A program made the position numbers and the translations under genes. From Escherichia coli (lineage in GTDB: Bacteria; Pseudomonadota; Gammaproteobacteria; Enterobacterales; Enterobacteriaceae), in the NCBI RefSeq assembly GCF_050920415.1, contig NZ_CP169309.1: a stretch of DNA of 64,000 nucleotides; one strand, given 5' to 3'. The stretch's first letter is position 1; each line of letters starts with the position of its first letter. The notes under the pieces were generated by a model that worked only from the letters and a program-made list of their open reading frames with translations, was not told where the DNA came from and did no database searches. Positions 9,155 to 18,324 of this stretch are shown piece after piece.

Positions 9155-10327
9155 TTACTGCTTCAGAGTAGCAAATGCCTGAATGATGGCATCGATTTGC
9201 TCACGAGTGTGGGCAGCGTTTACGCTACAGCGCAGCAGCGTGATGCCTGCAGGCGCGGCAGGTGGCAGGATAAGATTCACATAAACGCCCAGCGAAATAA
9301 GCTCGCGCCAGATGCGTAAACCTTCCTCTTTCGAACCGATTATTACTGGCACTACCGGGCTAATATGTGAACTTAACTCGTAACCCAGTTTTTGCAGACC
9401 GTCATACAGATGGCTGGCGTTATCCATCAGCTTTTGCCGCAACTCTGGTTGTGAGGCAATGGTTCTTAACGACGAGCGCACGGTCGCAATGCAGGACGGA
9501 GAAGGAGAGGCGGTAAAAATATACGGGCGGCTGCCGTAGCGCAGCACTTCCATCGCTTCCGAACCGACAGCAAAACCGCCAATCGAGGCCAGACTTTTAC
9601 TGAAAGTACCAACGATAATATCCACATCATCTTCAACGCCAACGGCTTCAGCCAGTCCGCGCCCCGTTGCGCCTAACACGCCAAACGAATGCGCTTCATC
9701 GACAATCAAATAACCACCGAGACGACGTTTGATATCAACAATTTCCGCCAGCGGCGCAACGTCACCGAGCATACTGTAGATGCCTTCAACGATGATAATC
9801 GCCTCTTTTGCCCGTTCACCGAGGCGAACCATGCGCCGTTCCAGATCTTTAGCATCGTTATGGCGGAAACGAATAATTTCCGCTCCACCGAGAGAACAGG
9901 CGTCATAAATACTGGCGTGGCTATCGGCATCCAGTAACACCACGGCGTTATGGTCGGCAAGTGCGCTGATGACACCTAAATTAGCGGTATAACCGGTTGA
10001 AAAAACGATAGCGGTAGGGCGATTGAAAAACTCGGCAATCTCTTTCTCTAACGCCAGATGTGGCGCATAGCTGCCATTAGCCATACGAGAACCGGTAGTG
10101 CCGGTGCCTTGTGCCGCTAATGCTGCCTGACCTTCGGTGATGGCATCATGATTGAAAGTTAAACCGAGATAATTATTAGTCCCGGCCAGAATCACTTTTT
10201 TATTGCCGATACGGCCTTCAGTGGCGGAGTACACTTCATCAATACAGGTACCAAACGGCGTTAATCCGTTGTCACTAAATTGCAGTCGCTCGCCAGCAAG
10301 GCGCGCATATTTATCGTATAGCCCCAT
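9155..10327 (-). CDS. PLP-dependent alpha-oxoamine synthase (serine palmitoyltransferase / KBL / BioF family)
   Basis: 390 aa. Motifs DEAHSFGVLGATGRG and GTFSKSLASIGGF (PLP lysine) are hallmarks of alpha-oxoamine synthases. Start overlaps the ACP stop by 1 nt. Confidence 0.85.
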   Translation of the reverse strand: MGLYDKYARLAGERLQFSDNGLTPFGTCIDEVYSATEGRIGNKKVILAGTNNYLGLTFNHDAITEGQAALAAQGTGTTGSRMANGSYAPHLALEKEIAEFFNRPTAIVFSTGYTANLGVISALADHNAVVLLDADSHASIYDACSLGGAEIIRFRHNDAKDLERRMVRLGERAKEAIIIVEGIYSMLGDVAPLAEIVDIKRRLGGYLIVDEAHSFGVLGATGRGLAEAVGVEDDVDIIVGTFSKSLASIGGFAVGSEAMEVLRYGSRPYIFTASPSPSCIATVRSSLRTIASQPELRQKLMDNASHLYDGLQKLGYELSSHISPVVPVIIGSKEEGLRIWRELISLGVYVNLILPPAAPAGITLLRCSVNAAHTREQIDAIIQAFATLKQ

Positions 10328-10575
10328 TATTTATTCTCCAGCCATGGAAGTAGAGTTTCCATTAATTGCGCAGGGGTTTTGACATCCAGCAGAATATTAA
10401 TAGGAATGGAAATATCGAATCTGTCTTCCAGCATCATTAAGAGATCCATCACTTTGATCGACTCCAGGCCAAGATCGTTGACGAGATCGCTGTCGGGCTT
10501 AATTTCCACACCGTTTTCGACCAAATCCTGTAAACAGGAAAGGATGTAATCCATTACTATTTCACGATTTACCAT
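10327..10575 (-). CDS. Acyl carrier protein (phosphopantetheine-binding)
   Basis: 82 aa acidic protein. DLGLESIKVMDL is a candidate 4'-phosphopantetheine attachment site. Lies between the synthase and the reductase. Confidence 0.75.
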   Translation of the reverse strand: MVNREIVMDYILSCLQDLVENGVEIKPDSDLVNDLGLESIKVMDLLMMLEDRFDISIPINILLDVKTPAQLMETLLPWLENK

Positions 10576-10606
10576 AGAAACGTTAACACACCTTTAAACA
10601 AGACAA

Positions 10607-11521
10607 TCAAAATAGCCCGCTGCGTAATGCGTGTTCCAGGCTAATCCCGGGAAACCAATTAATATCTTCAGAAATACGGTTATTACTTGCTGACCAGTCG
10701 GCGTGGGTTAATTCACGGATTTTCGAGCGGGTCAGCATAGGTTCTTTACCTGCCAGGCGACTCAACGCGGTACTGATATCCGCAAGGCAGGTGAGTACCG
10801 ACAGAGGAATACCAACCATTCGAACGGAACCGCAACGGGCGTCGGCGGCAAGTTGCTGTACGCGTTGCCAGTCATAGCCGCCGGCGACGCCATCGCATAA
10901 TTCATAGGTTTGCGTTTGTACAGTTTCGGCGCTTAACCACTGCCCCACGGCTTGCGCGAAATCGGTGACGTGCAGGAAAGAGAGCTGTGTATCTGGCGCA
11001 CCAAGTCGTGGCAGCAGGCCGCGCAGCATCCAGCCAAACAGCGGTTTTAACTCTTTATCGCCGGGACCATACACGGCTGTCGGGCGAAAAATGCCCAGCG
11101 TAATTTCGTCAGCCATTGCGGTCAGTCGTTGTTCGGCGACGTGTTTGGAATTTGCGTACCAGGAGAGTTCGGGATGGCGCGCCGCCAGCGAAGAGATAAA
11201 CAGAAAACGTTGGCAAAAGCCGCTCTCTTTTGCCGCTTGCATCAGGCGCAGGCTGCCGTCAACGTTACAGCGGGTAAAAATCTCTTCTTTGTGTCCGCGC
11301 ACTTGCCCGGCGCAATGGACCACCGCGCTGGCTCCGGCAACCAGTTCGCTAAGCGAATGTGTATCTTCCAGCGAACCGCGCACCCAGATGAGATTATCAT
11401 TGACGTGAGCGCGGGCAGTACGCGTCAATGCGCGAACGTGAAAGCCGCGGGCGAGCAGGTTATCGATAATATATTTACCGATAAACCCGGTAGCGCCCGT
11501 CACCGCGACAGTTTGATTCAT
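10607..11521 (-). CDS. NAD(P)-dependent epimerase/dehydratase-family reductase (extended SDR)
   Basis: 304 aa. N-terminal Rossmann motif VAVTGATGFIG and catalytic YANSK (YxxxK). Start overlaps the ligase stop (ATGA). Confidence 0.8.
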   Translation of the reverse strand: MNQTVAVTGATGFIGKYIIDNLLARGFHVRALTRTARAHVNDNLIWVRGSLEDTHSLSELVAGASAVVHCAGQVRGHKEEIFTRCNVDGSLRLMQAAKESGFCQRFLFISSLAARHPELSWYANSKHVAEQRLTAMADEITLGIFRPTAVYGPGDKELKPLFGWMLRGLLPRLGAPDTQLSFLHVTDFAQAVGQWLSAETVQTQTYELCDGVAGGYDWQRVQQLAADARCGSVRMVGIPLSVLTCLADISTALSRLAGKEPMLTRSKIRELTHADWSASNNRISEDINWFPGISLEHALRSGLF

Positions 11522-13236
11522 GCCATGGATTCCTGCACATGAAGGCTTGCAGCATAACGTTTTTTCGCTTCCGCACGGGCAGGCTTGCCGGAGGACGTTC
11601 GGGGAATACTGTGGGGCGGCAACAGATCGATAGCCGCTGTTACGCCAAATTCGCTTTGGATCCGTGCTGCCAGTGCGTGGATAAGCTGCCCACGACGTTC
11701 TTCGTCGCTGATCCTACACTGGATCTGCAAAATGATTTTTTCCTGGGCGGTAACAAAAGCAATCGCATCGCCAGAATGAATTTCCGGTTCCTGTTCCGCA
11801 ATATATTCAATATCCTGCGGCCAGATATTACGGCCACGAATAATAATCAGATCTTTAATGCGCCCGGTGACATACAGATAACCATCCAGCAGATAACCGA
11901 GGTCGCCGGTATCTAACCAGCCCGTCGCGGCAATCTCGTCTTGCGAAACCTGGTCGCCAAAGTAACCGCTCATCAGGCTGGGGCCGGAGATGCAAATATG
12001 GCCTACCACACGTTCCGCGACCGGCATACCTGCTTCATTGCGGATTTCAATGCCATGTTCCGGCAACGCTTTACCGCAGTTGACGAAAGTCGATACGGCG
12101 CGTGTTTCAGCACCCGGCGCGACGGCTTTGCCCTGATATTCAAGGATGTCGCGATCCACTTCGTTAACCACAACCCCGGAGGCTTCATCAGAGAAGCTGA
12201 CAGCCAGCGCATTTTCTGCCAGTCCGTAGCACGGCATGAAAGTTTTATCGTCAAAGTTAACCTGACGGAAACATTCAGCAAATTGGTGGAGTTGTTCTGC
12301 GGAGATGGGTTCTGCGCCAATACCAGCGACGCGCCAGCACGAGAGATCCAGTTCAGCGAGATCTTTTTCATTCACGCGGCGCTGACACAATTCATAGCCA
12401 AACGGCGGCGCGACGGAAACTGTGCCACGATTTTTACTGATCAATTTAAGCCATTGCAGCGGACGCATGGCAAAATCCTGAGTGCGCAAATAATCTACTG
12501 AGAGCTGCGTGGCGACGGGGGTCAGGAGAAAGCCGACCAGTCCCATATCATGGTAGAAAGGCAGCCAGGAGACGCAGCGGTCGCCAGGGCGTAATTTAAT
12601 GCCATCGTGGCTTATAGCACGTAGATTAGCCATCACTTCGCGATGGGTGATAATGACGCCACGGGGAAAACGGGTGCTGCCGGAGGTGTACTGGAGGTAG
12701 GCGATATCGTTCGGAACTGGACGCTGGAGTACAACATCGGCTTCCGGTAATGCCTTAAACCAGGCGTGGCTTAAAACATGTAATTCGGGGTTGTTATGCG
12801 TAGCAGCATTGACCAGTGGCAACCACTCATCACCAGTGATAATGGCTGCGGGCTGGCAACTAGCCAGTAAACCTTGCAGTTTAGCGCTCCAGGAATCCCG
12901 CTGACCGACGCCCATTGGAATCGCTAACGGGACGGCGACTAAGCCGGCATACTGGCAGGCAAAAAAAGCCTCTACAAACCCGCTACTCGTTTCGGCAATC
13001 AGCGCCACGCGATCGCCTTTTTTCAGATTTAGTGATAACAACCGCTTCGCACCAGCTTCGGCACACGCTTTTAACGTCTGATATTCCAGTTGATCTTCAA
13101 GTTGGCAACGTCTGTCATAAAAATTCATTCCGGCGCTACTCAGAGCGGCGTAGTCCAAAGCATCAACCAGCGTTGGAAAATCGGCATAGCGCATAGGTAG
13201 GGAATGCGTAAAGATGTTATTAGACATATACACCAC
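11518..13236 (-). CDS. Fatty-acyl-AMP ligase / acyl-ACP synthetase (adenylate-forming enzyme)
   Basis: 572 aa. AMP-binding motifs YTSGSTRFPRGV, DTGDLGY and GRIKDLIIIRGRNIWPQDIE. The exact start (Met1, Met4 or Met15) is uncertain. Confidence 0.85.
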   Translation of the reverse strand: MVYMSNNIFTHSLPMRYADFPTLVDALDYAALSSAGMNFYDRRCQLEDQLEYQTLKACAEAGAKRLLSLNLKKGDRVALIAETSSGFVEAFFACQYAGLVAVPLAIPMGVGQRDSWSAKLQGLLASCQPAAIITGDEWLPLVNAATHNNPELHVLSHAWFKALPEADVVLQRPVPNDIAYLQYTSGSTRFPRGVIITHREVMANLRAISHDGIKLRPGDRCVSWLPFYHDMGLVGFLLTPVATQLSVDYLRTQDFAMRPLQWLKLISKNRGTVSVAPPFGYELCQRRVNEKDLAELDLSCWRVAGIGAEPISAEQLHQFAECFRQVNFDDKTFMPCYGLAENALAVSFSDEASGVVVNEVDRDILEYQGKAVAPGAETRAVSTFVNCGKALPEHGIEIRNEAGMPVAERVVGHICISGPSLMSGYFGDQVSQDEIAATGWLDTGDLGYLLDGYLYVTGRIKDLIIIRGRNIWPQDIEYIAEQEPEIHSGDAIAFVTAQEKIILQIQCRISDEERRGQLIHALAARIQSEFGVTAAIDLLPPHSIPRTSSGKPARAEAKKRYAASLHVQESMA

Positions 13237-13598
13237 GAAAAAAATTGGATATCAGAAATAAAATGACAATAATGCGGTGGATTATATAGGCATAAAAGAT
13301 AAATGAGATAGTATTTTCATCGGTGCGATATTGAACATTGATTTAAATAATAGGTTTGGCTTTGTTGTTTTTATTGTGAATTATATTTAATTTATGAATA
13401 TATTAAGAAGAAGCCTTGTTTGGTTGCCTTAAATCGACAAAAGGCATTGAGGCGCTTCTGTGTAGTCTCTGACCTTATCTTAATTATTAATAAATACTAT
13501 TTATTCTTTGTTTGTATTCTTTGGGTTGATTATTAAGATGCCGTTCGTTGCTGTTGCAATCTGTTTGTCACCGTTAATTATTTGTTATCCACAGAGAT
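13237..13598. promoter_or_regulatory. AT-rich divergent promoter region between the ligase operon and yghO
   Basis: 362 bp non-coding stretch with long A/T tracts (for example TTTAAATAATAGG, TTATATTTAATTTATGAATATATTAAG). No ORF. Candidate nucleoid-protein (H-NS-like) silenced promoter. Confidence 0.4.
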
Positions 13599-14741
13599 AT
13601 GGAATGCGATCTGCTGATGATTAAAATTGAAAAAGTAATTAATAAAAATGACCTTAAGGCATTTATCGCTTTTCCGTCATCACTTTATCCCGATGATCCA
13701 AACTGGATACCCCCTTTGTTCATTGAACGCAGCGAGCATTTGTCGGCGAAGAATCCGGGGACGGACCATATTATCTGGCAGGCGTGGGTAGCAAAAAAAG
13801 CGGGGCAGATAGTCGGGCGGATTACCGCGCAAATCGATACCTTGCACCGCGAGCGTTACGGTGACGATACCGGTCATTTCGGCATGATTGACGCCATTGA
13901 TGATCCGCAGGTTTTTGCCGCGTTGTTTGGCGCAGCGGAAGCGTGGTTGAAGTCACAAGGTGCAAGTAAGATCAGCGGGCCTTTCAGCCTGAATATCAAT
14001 CAGGAAAGCGGATTACTGATTGAAGGTTTCGACACTCCGCCCTGTGCGATGATGCCGCACGGTAAACCGTGGTATGCCGCGCATATTGAACAATTGGGTT
14101 ATCACAAAGGTATTGATTTACTGGCGTGGTGGATGCAACGAACCGATCTCACTTTCTCTCCGGCGCTAAAAAAACTGATGGATCAGGTGCGCAAAAAGGT
14201 GACCATTCGCTGCATCAAGCGCCAGCGGTTTGCCGAAGAGATGCTGATCCTGCGTGAGATTTTCAACTCTGGCTGGCAGCACAACTGGGGATTTGTGCCG
14301 TTTACCGAACATGAATTCGCTACCATGGGCGATCAACTAAAGTATCTGGTACCGGACGATATGATCTACGTCGCCGAGATTGATTCTGCTCCCTGCGCGT
14401 TTATAGTCGGCTTGCCGAACATCAACGAGGCGATTGCCGATCTGAACGGAGCGCTCTTTCCCTTCGGCTGGGCAAAATTGCTGTGGCGCTTAAAAGTCAG
14501 CGGTGTGCGAACTGCGCGAGTGCCGCTGATGGGCGTGCGTGACGAGTATCAGTTCAGCCGCATCGGCCCGGTGATTGCGCTGTTATTGATTGAAGCCTTA
14601 CGCGATCCGTTTGCTCGCCGGAAGATCGATGCGCTGGAAATGTCATGGATCCTCGAAACCAATACAGGCATGAATAACATGCTGGAACGCATTGGAGCGG
14701 AGCCGTACAAGCGTTACCGATTGTATGAAAAGCAGATTTGA
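13599..14741 (+). CDS. yghO: YghO-family protein, probably acyl-CoA N-acyltransferase fold (GNAT-like)
   Basis: 380 aa intact ORF. I recognise the name from its position next to glcC. The GNAT-like assignment is from memory of annotations, not from a motif I can point to. Confidence 0.65.
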   Translation: MECDLLMIKIEKVINKNDLKAFIAFPSSLYPDDPNWIPPLFIERSEHLSAKNPGTDHIIWQAWVAKKAGQIVGRITAQIDTLHRERYGDDTGHFGMIDAIDDPQVFAALFGAAEAWLKSQGASKISGPFSLNINQESGLLIEGFDTPPCAMMPHGKPWYAAHIEQLGYHKGIDLLAWWMQRTDLTFSPALKKLMDQVRKKVTIRCIKRQRFAEEMLILREIFNSGWQHNWGFVPFTEHEFATMGDQLKYLVPDDMIYVAEIDSAPCAFIVGLPNINEAIADLNGALFPFGWAKLLWRLKVSGVRTARVPLMGVRDEYQFSRIGPVIALLLIEALRDPFARRKIDALEMSWILETNTGMNNMLERIGAEPYKRYRLYEKQI

Positions 14742-14747
14742 TGGCAG

Positions 14748-15512
14748 TCACCCCTGCTTCATCTCCAGCGGCACCGCCGAGCGAATCAAATGGTGGCCTT
14801 CCAGCTCGATATCGTGGAGATTCTTTTTCACGGTCCGCACATGATCGCGTGCTGCGCGCTGGGCGACGTGTGGCAGCCGCTGCAACACCGCGTTGTAGAT
14901 CCGCGCATGCTGGCGATCGATCTGCTTTTTTTGCTGTGGTCGATGGTAGAGATTATTTACGCTGGCAAACACTGAATTAAACATCAGGTCGGTCAATGAT
15001 TGCAGTGTAAACACCAGCACCTGATTGTGGGAAGCCTGACAAATGGCGAGATGGAAAGCGTGATCCAGTTGTGCATGTTCGATCAGCGAAATCTCTTTGT
15101 TGTTCTCACTGGCGGCGAGCATTTTTTCATAACAGCGGGTTATCACAACAAAATCAGCCTGGGTTCCCAGCGTTGCCGCCAGCCTTGCCGATTCGCCCTC
15201 CAGCAATGCGCGAACGTCGAGCAGATCGTACAGCGTTCGCGGCTGCGTACTGAACAGATGGATCAGCGGGCTGGTGTCCTGCACCCGATTGAGCCGTGCG
15301 ACACGAGAATCGCGCCCCTGCGCCGTTTCAATAATCCCACGCCCGCGCAGCACGGTCAGCCCTTCACGCAGTGCGGAGCGTGAGAAGCCGAGCTTTTCAC
15401 ACAGTCGACGTTCCGAGGGAAGCGGCTGACCGACCTTCAGCACGCCGTCGATAATTAACCGTTCGATACTCTCTGCAACCACTTCGCAAATAGGGCGACG
15501 TTCATCTTTCAT
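14748..15512 (-). CDS. glcC: GntR/FadR-family transcriptional activator of the glc operon
   Basis: Start placed at the internal Met (MKDERRPICEVVAESIERLIIDGVLKVGQPLPSERRL...), giving 254 aa. N-terminal winged-HTH, C-terminal FCD domain. Divergent from glcD. Confidence 0.9.
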   Translation of the reverse strand: MKDERRPICEVVAESIERLIIDGVLKVGQPLPSERRLCEKLGFSRSALREGLTVLRGRGIIETAQGRDSRVARLNRVQDTSPLIHLFSTQPRTLYDLLDVRALLEGESARLAATLGTQADFVVITRCYEKMLAASENNKEISLIEHAQLDHAFHLAICQASHNQVLVFTLQSLTDLMFNSVFASVNNLYHRPQQKKQIDRQHARIYNAVLQRLPHVAQRAARDHVRTVKKNLHDIELEGHHLIRSAVPLEMKQG

Positions 15513-15762
15513 TCCCGGACCTCGTGCACAGGTAGGACCAATTTTTCTGTTCTTGATTCGCAAAACACGCACATCACGTAAGTGATTATGTTACATCAAT
15601 TTAACATTAGTTTAACCAAAGAAAGGTCACAGAGCTGGAAAAAAAATGGTCTGACCGGTAGCTAAAGAGATAGACGAAAACGAAAAGCCCGCTTAATAAC
15701 TGTTCACAGAAGCAGCGCGCAAAAATCAGCTGCCACACAACACAACAAAGCGAAGCCTACTC
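15513..15762. promoter_or_regulatory. Divergent glcC / glcD promoter-operator region
   Basis: 250 bp intergenic region between divergently oriented glcC and glcD. Individual sites were not resolved. Confidence 0.5.
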
Positions 15763-17262
15763 ATGAGCATCTTGTACGAAGAGCGTCTTGATGGCGCTTT
15801 ACCCGATGTCGACCGCACATCGGTACTGATGGCACTGCGTGAGCATGTCCCTGGACTGGAGATCCTGCATACCGATGAGGAGATCATTCCTTACGAGTGT
15901 GACGGGTTGAGCGCGTATCGTACGCGTCCATTACTGGTTGTTCTGCCTAAGCAGATGGAACAGGTGACGGCGATTCTCGCTGTCTGCCACCGTTTGCATG
16001 TACCGGTAGTGACCCGTGGCGCAGGCACCGGACTTTCTGGCGGTGCGCTGCCGCTGGAAAAAGGTGTGTTGTTGGTGATGGCGCGCTTTAAAGAAATCCT
16101 CGACATTAACCCCGTTGGTCGCCGTGCGCGTGTGCAGCCGGGCGTGCGTAACCTGGCGATCTCCCAGGCTGTTGCGTCGCATAATCTCTATTACGCGCCG
16201 GATCCTTCCTCACAAATCGCCTGTTCCATTGGCGGCAACGTGGCGGAAAACGCCGGGGGCGTCCACTGTCTGAAATATGGTCTGACCGTACATAACCTGC
16301 TGAAAATTGAAGTGCAAACGCTGGATGGCGAGGCACTAACGCTGGGATCGGACGCGCTGGATTCACCCGGTTTTGACCTACTGGCGCTGTTCACCGGATC
16401 GGAAGGCATGCTCGGCGTGACCACCGAAGTGACGGTAAAACTGCTGCCGAAGCCCCCTGTGGCACGAGTTCTGTTAGCCAGCTTTGACTCGGTAGAAAAA
16501 GCCGGACTTGCAGTTGGTGACATCATCGCTAATGGCATTATCCCCGGCGGGCTGGAGATGATGGATAACCTGTCGATCCGCGCGGCGGAAGATTTTATTC
16601 ATGCCGGTTATCCCGTCGATGCCGAAGCAATTTTATTGTGTGAGTTGGACGGCGTGGAATCTGATGTACAGGAAGACTGCGAGCGAGTTAACGGCATCTT
16701 ACTGAAAGCGGGCGCGACTGACGTCCGTCTGGCGCAGGATGAAGCGGAGCGCGTGCGTTTCTGGGCCGGCCGCAAAAATGCTTTTCCGGCGGTAGGACGT
16801 ATCTCCCCGGATTACTACTGCATGGACGGCACCATCCCGCGCCGCGCGTTGCCTGGCGTACTGGAAGGCATTGCCCGTTTATCGCAGCAATATGATTTAC
16901 GCGTTGCCAACGTCTTTCATGCCGGAGACGGCAATATGCACCCGTTAATCCTTTTCGATGCCAACGAACCCGGTGAATTCGCCCGTGCGGAAGAATTGGG
17001 TGGGAAGATCCTTGAACTCTGTGTTGAAGTAGGCGGCAGTATCAGTGGGGAACATGGCATCGGGCGCGAAAAAATCAATCAGATGTGCGCCCAGTTCAAC
17101 AGTGATGAAATTACTACCTTTCATGCAGTCAAGGCGGCGTTTGATCCTGATGGTTTGCTGAACCCTGGGAAAAACATCCCCACACTGCACCGCTGCGCTG
17201 AATTTGGTGCCATGCACGTGCATCACGGTCATTTACCTTTCCCTGAACTGGAGCGTTTCTGA
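15763..17262 (+). CDS. glcD: Glycolate oxidase subunit, FAD-linked
   Basis: 499 aa. FAD-binding oxidase family (GAGTGLSGGA). Stop overlaps the glcE start (TGATG). Confidence 0.9.
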   Translation: MSILYEERLDGALPDVDRTSVLMALREHVPGLEILHTDEEIIPYECDGLSAYRTRPLLVVLPKQMEQVTAILAVCHRLHVPVVTRGAGTGLSGGALPLEKGVLLVMARFKEILDINPVGRRARVQPGVRNLAISQAVASHNLYYAPDPSSQIACSIGGNVAENAGGVHCLKYGLTVHNLLKIEVQTLDGEALTLGSDALDSPGFDLLALFTGSEGMLGVTTEVTVKLLPKPPVARVLLASFDSVEKAGLAVGDIIANGIIPGGLEMMDNLSIRAAEDFIHAGYPVDAEAILLCELDGVESDVQEDCERVNGILLKAGATDVRLAQDEAERVRFWAGRKNAFPAVGRISPDYYCMDGTIPRRALPGVLEGIARLSQQYDLRVANVFHAGDGNMHPLILFDANEPGEFARAEELGGKILELCVEVGGSISGEHGIGREKINQMCAQFNSDEITTFHAVKAAFDPDGLLNPGKNIPTLHRCAEFGAMHVHHGHLPFPELERF

Positions 17263-18314
17263 TGCTACGCGAGTGTGATTACAGCCAGGTACTGCTGGAG
17301 CAGGTGAATCAGGCAATTAGCGATAAAACGCCGCTGGCGATTCAGGGAAGCAATAGCAAAGCCTTTTTAGGTCGTCCTGTCATCGGGCAAACGCTGGATG
17401 TGCGTTGCCATCGTGGCATTGTTAATTACGACCCGACCGAGCTGGTGATTACCGCGCGTGCCGGAACGCCGCTGGTGGCGATTGAAGCGGCGCTGGAGAG
17501 CGCGGGGCAAATGCTCCCCTGCGAGCCACCGCATTATGGTGACGAAGCCACCTGGGGCGGTATGGTCGCCTGCGGGCTGGCGGGGCCGCGTCGCCCGTGG
17601 AGCGGTTCGGTTCGCGATTTTGTCCTCGGCACGCGCATCATTACCGGCACTGGAAAACATCTGCGCTTTGGTGGCGAAGTGATGAAAAACGTTGCCGGAT
17701 ACGATCTCTCGCGGTTAATGGCCGGAAGCTACGGCTGTCTTGGCGTGCTCACTGAAATCTCGATGAAAGTGTTGCCGCGACCGCGCGCCACACTGAGCTT
17801 GCGTCGGGAAATAAGCCTGCAAGAAGCCATGAGTGAAATCGCCCAGTGGCAACTCCAGCCATTACCCATTAGTGGCTTATGTTACTTCGACAATGCGTTG
17901 TGGATCCGCCTTGAAGGCGGTGAAGGATCGGTAAAAGCAGCACGTGAACTGCTGGGTGGCGAAGAGGTTGCGGGTCAGTTCTGGCAGCAATTGCGTGAAC
18001 AACAACTGCCGTTCTTCTCATTACCGGGCACTTTATGGCGTATTTCCTTACCCACCGATGCGCCGATGATGGATTTACCCGGCGAGCAACTGATCGACTG
18101 GGGCGGCGCGTTACGTTGGCTGAAATCGACAGCCGATGACAATCAAATCCATCGCATTGCCCGCAACGCAGGCGGTCATGCGACCCGCTTTAGTGCCGGA
18201 GATGGTGGCTTTGCCCCGCTACCGGCTCCTTTATTCCGCTATCACCAGCAGCTTAAACAGCAGCTCGACCCTTGCGGCGTGTTTAACCCCGGTCGTATGT
18301 ACGCGGAACTTTAA
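17262..18314 (+). CDS. glcE: Glycolate oxidase subunit, FAD-binding
   Basis: 350 aa, position and sequence match GlcE. Confidence 0.9.
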   Translation: MLRECDYSQVLLEQVNQAISDKTPLAIQGSNSKAFLGRPVIGQTLDVRCHRGIVNYDPTELVITARAGTPLVAIEAALESAGQMLPCEPPHYGDEATWGGMVACGLAGPRRPWSGSVRDFVLGTRIITGTGKHLRFGGEVMKNVAGYDLSRLMAGSYGCLGVLTEISMKVLPRPRATLSLRREISLQEAMSEIAQWQLQPLPISGLCYFDNALWIRLEGGEGSVKAARELLGGEEVAGQFWQQLREQQLPFFSLPGTLWRISLPTDAPMMDLPGEQLIDWGGALRWLKSTADDNQIHRIARNAGGHATRFSAGDGGFAPLPAPLFRYHQQLKQQLDPCGVFNPGRMYAEL

Positions 18315-18324
18315 GGAGCAGACT

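Noticed and set aside
18136-18324. Extended N-terminus of glcF from the track ORF start at 18136
   Set aside because: It overlaps the glcE 3' end in another frame. The ATG at 18325 has a strong AAGGAG RBS and gives the expected 407 aa GlcF.
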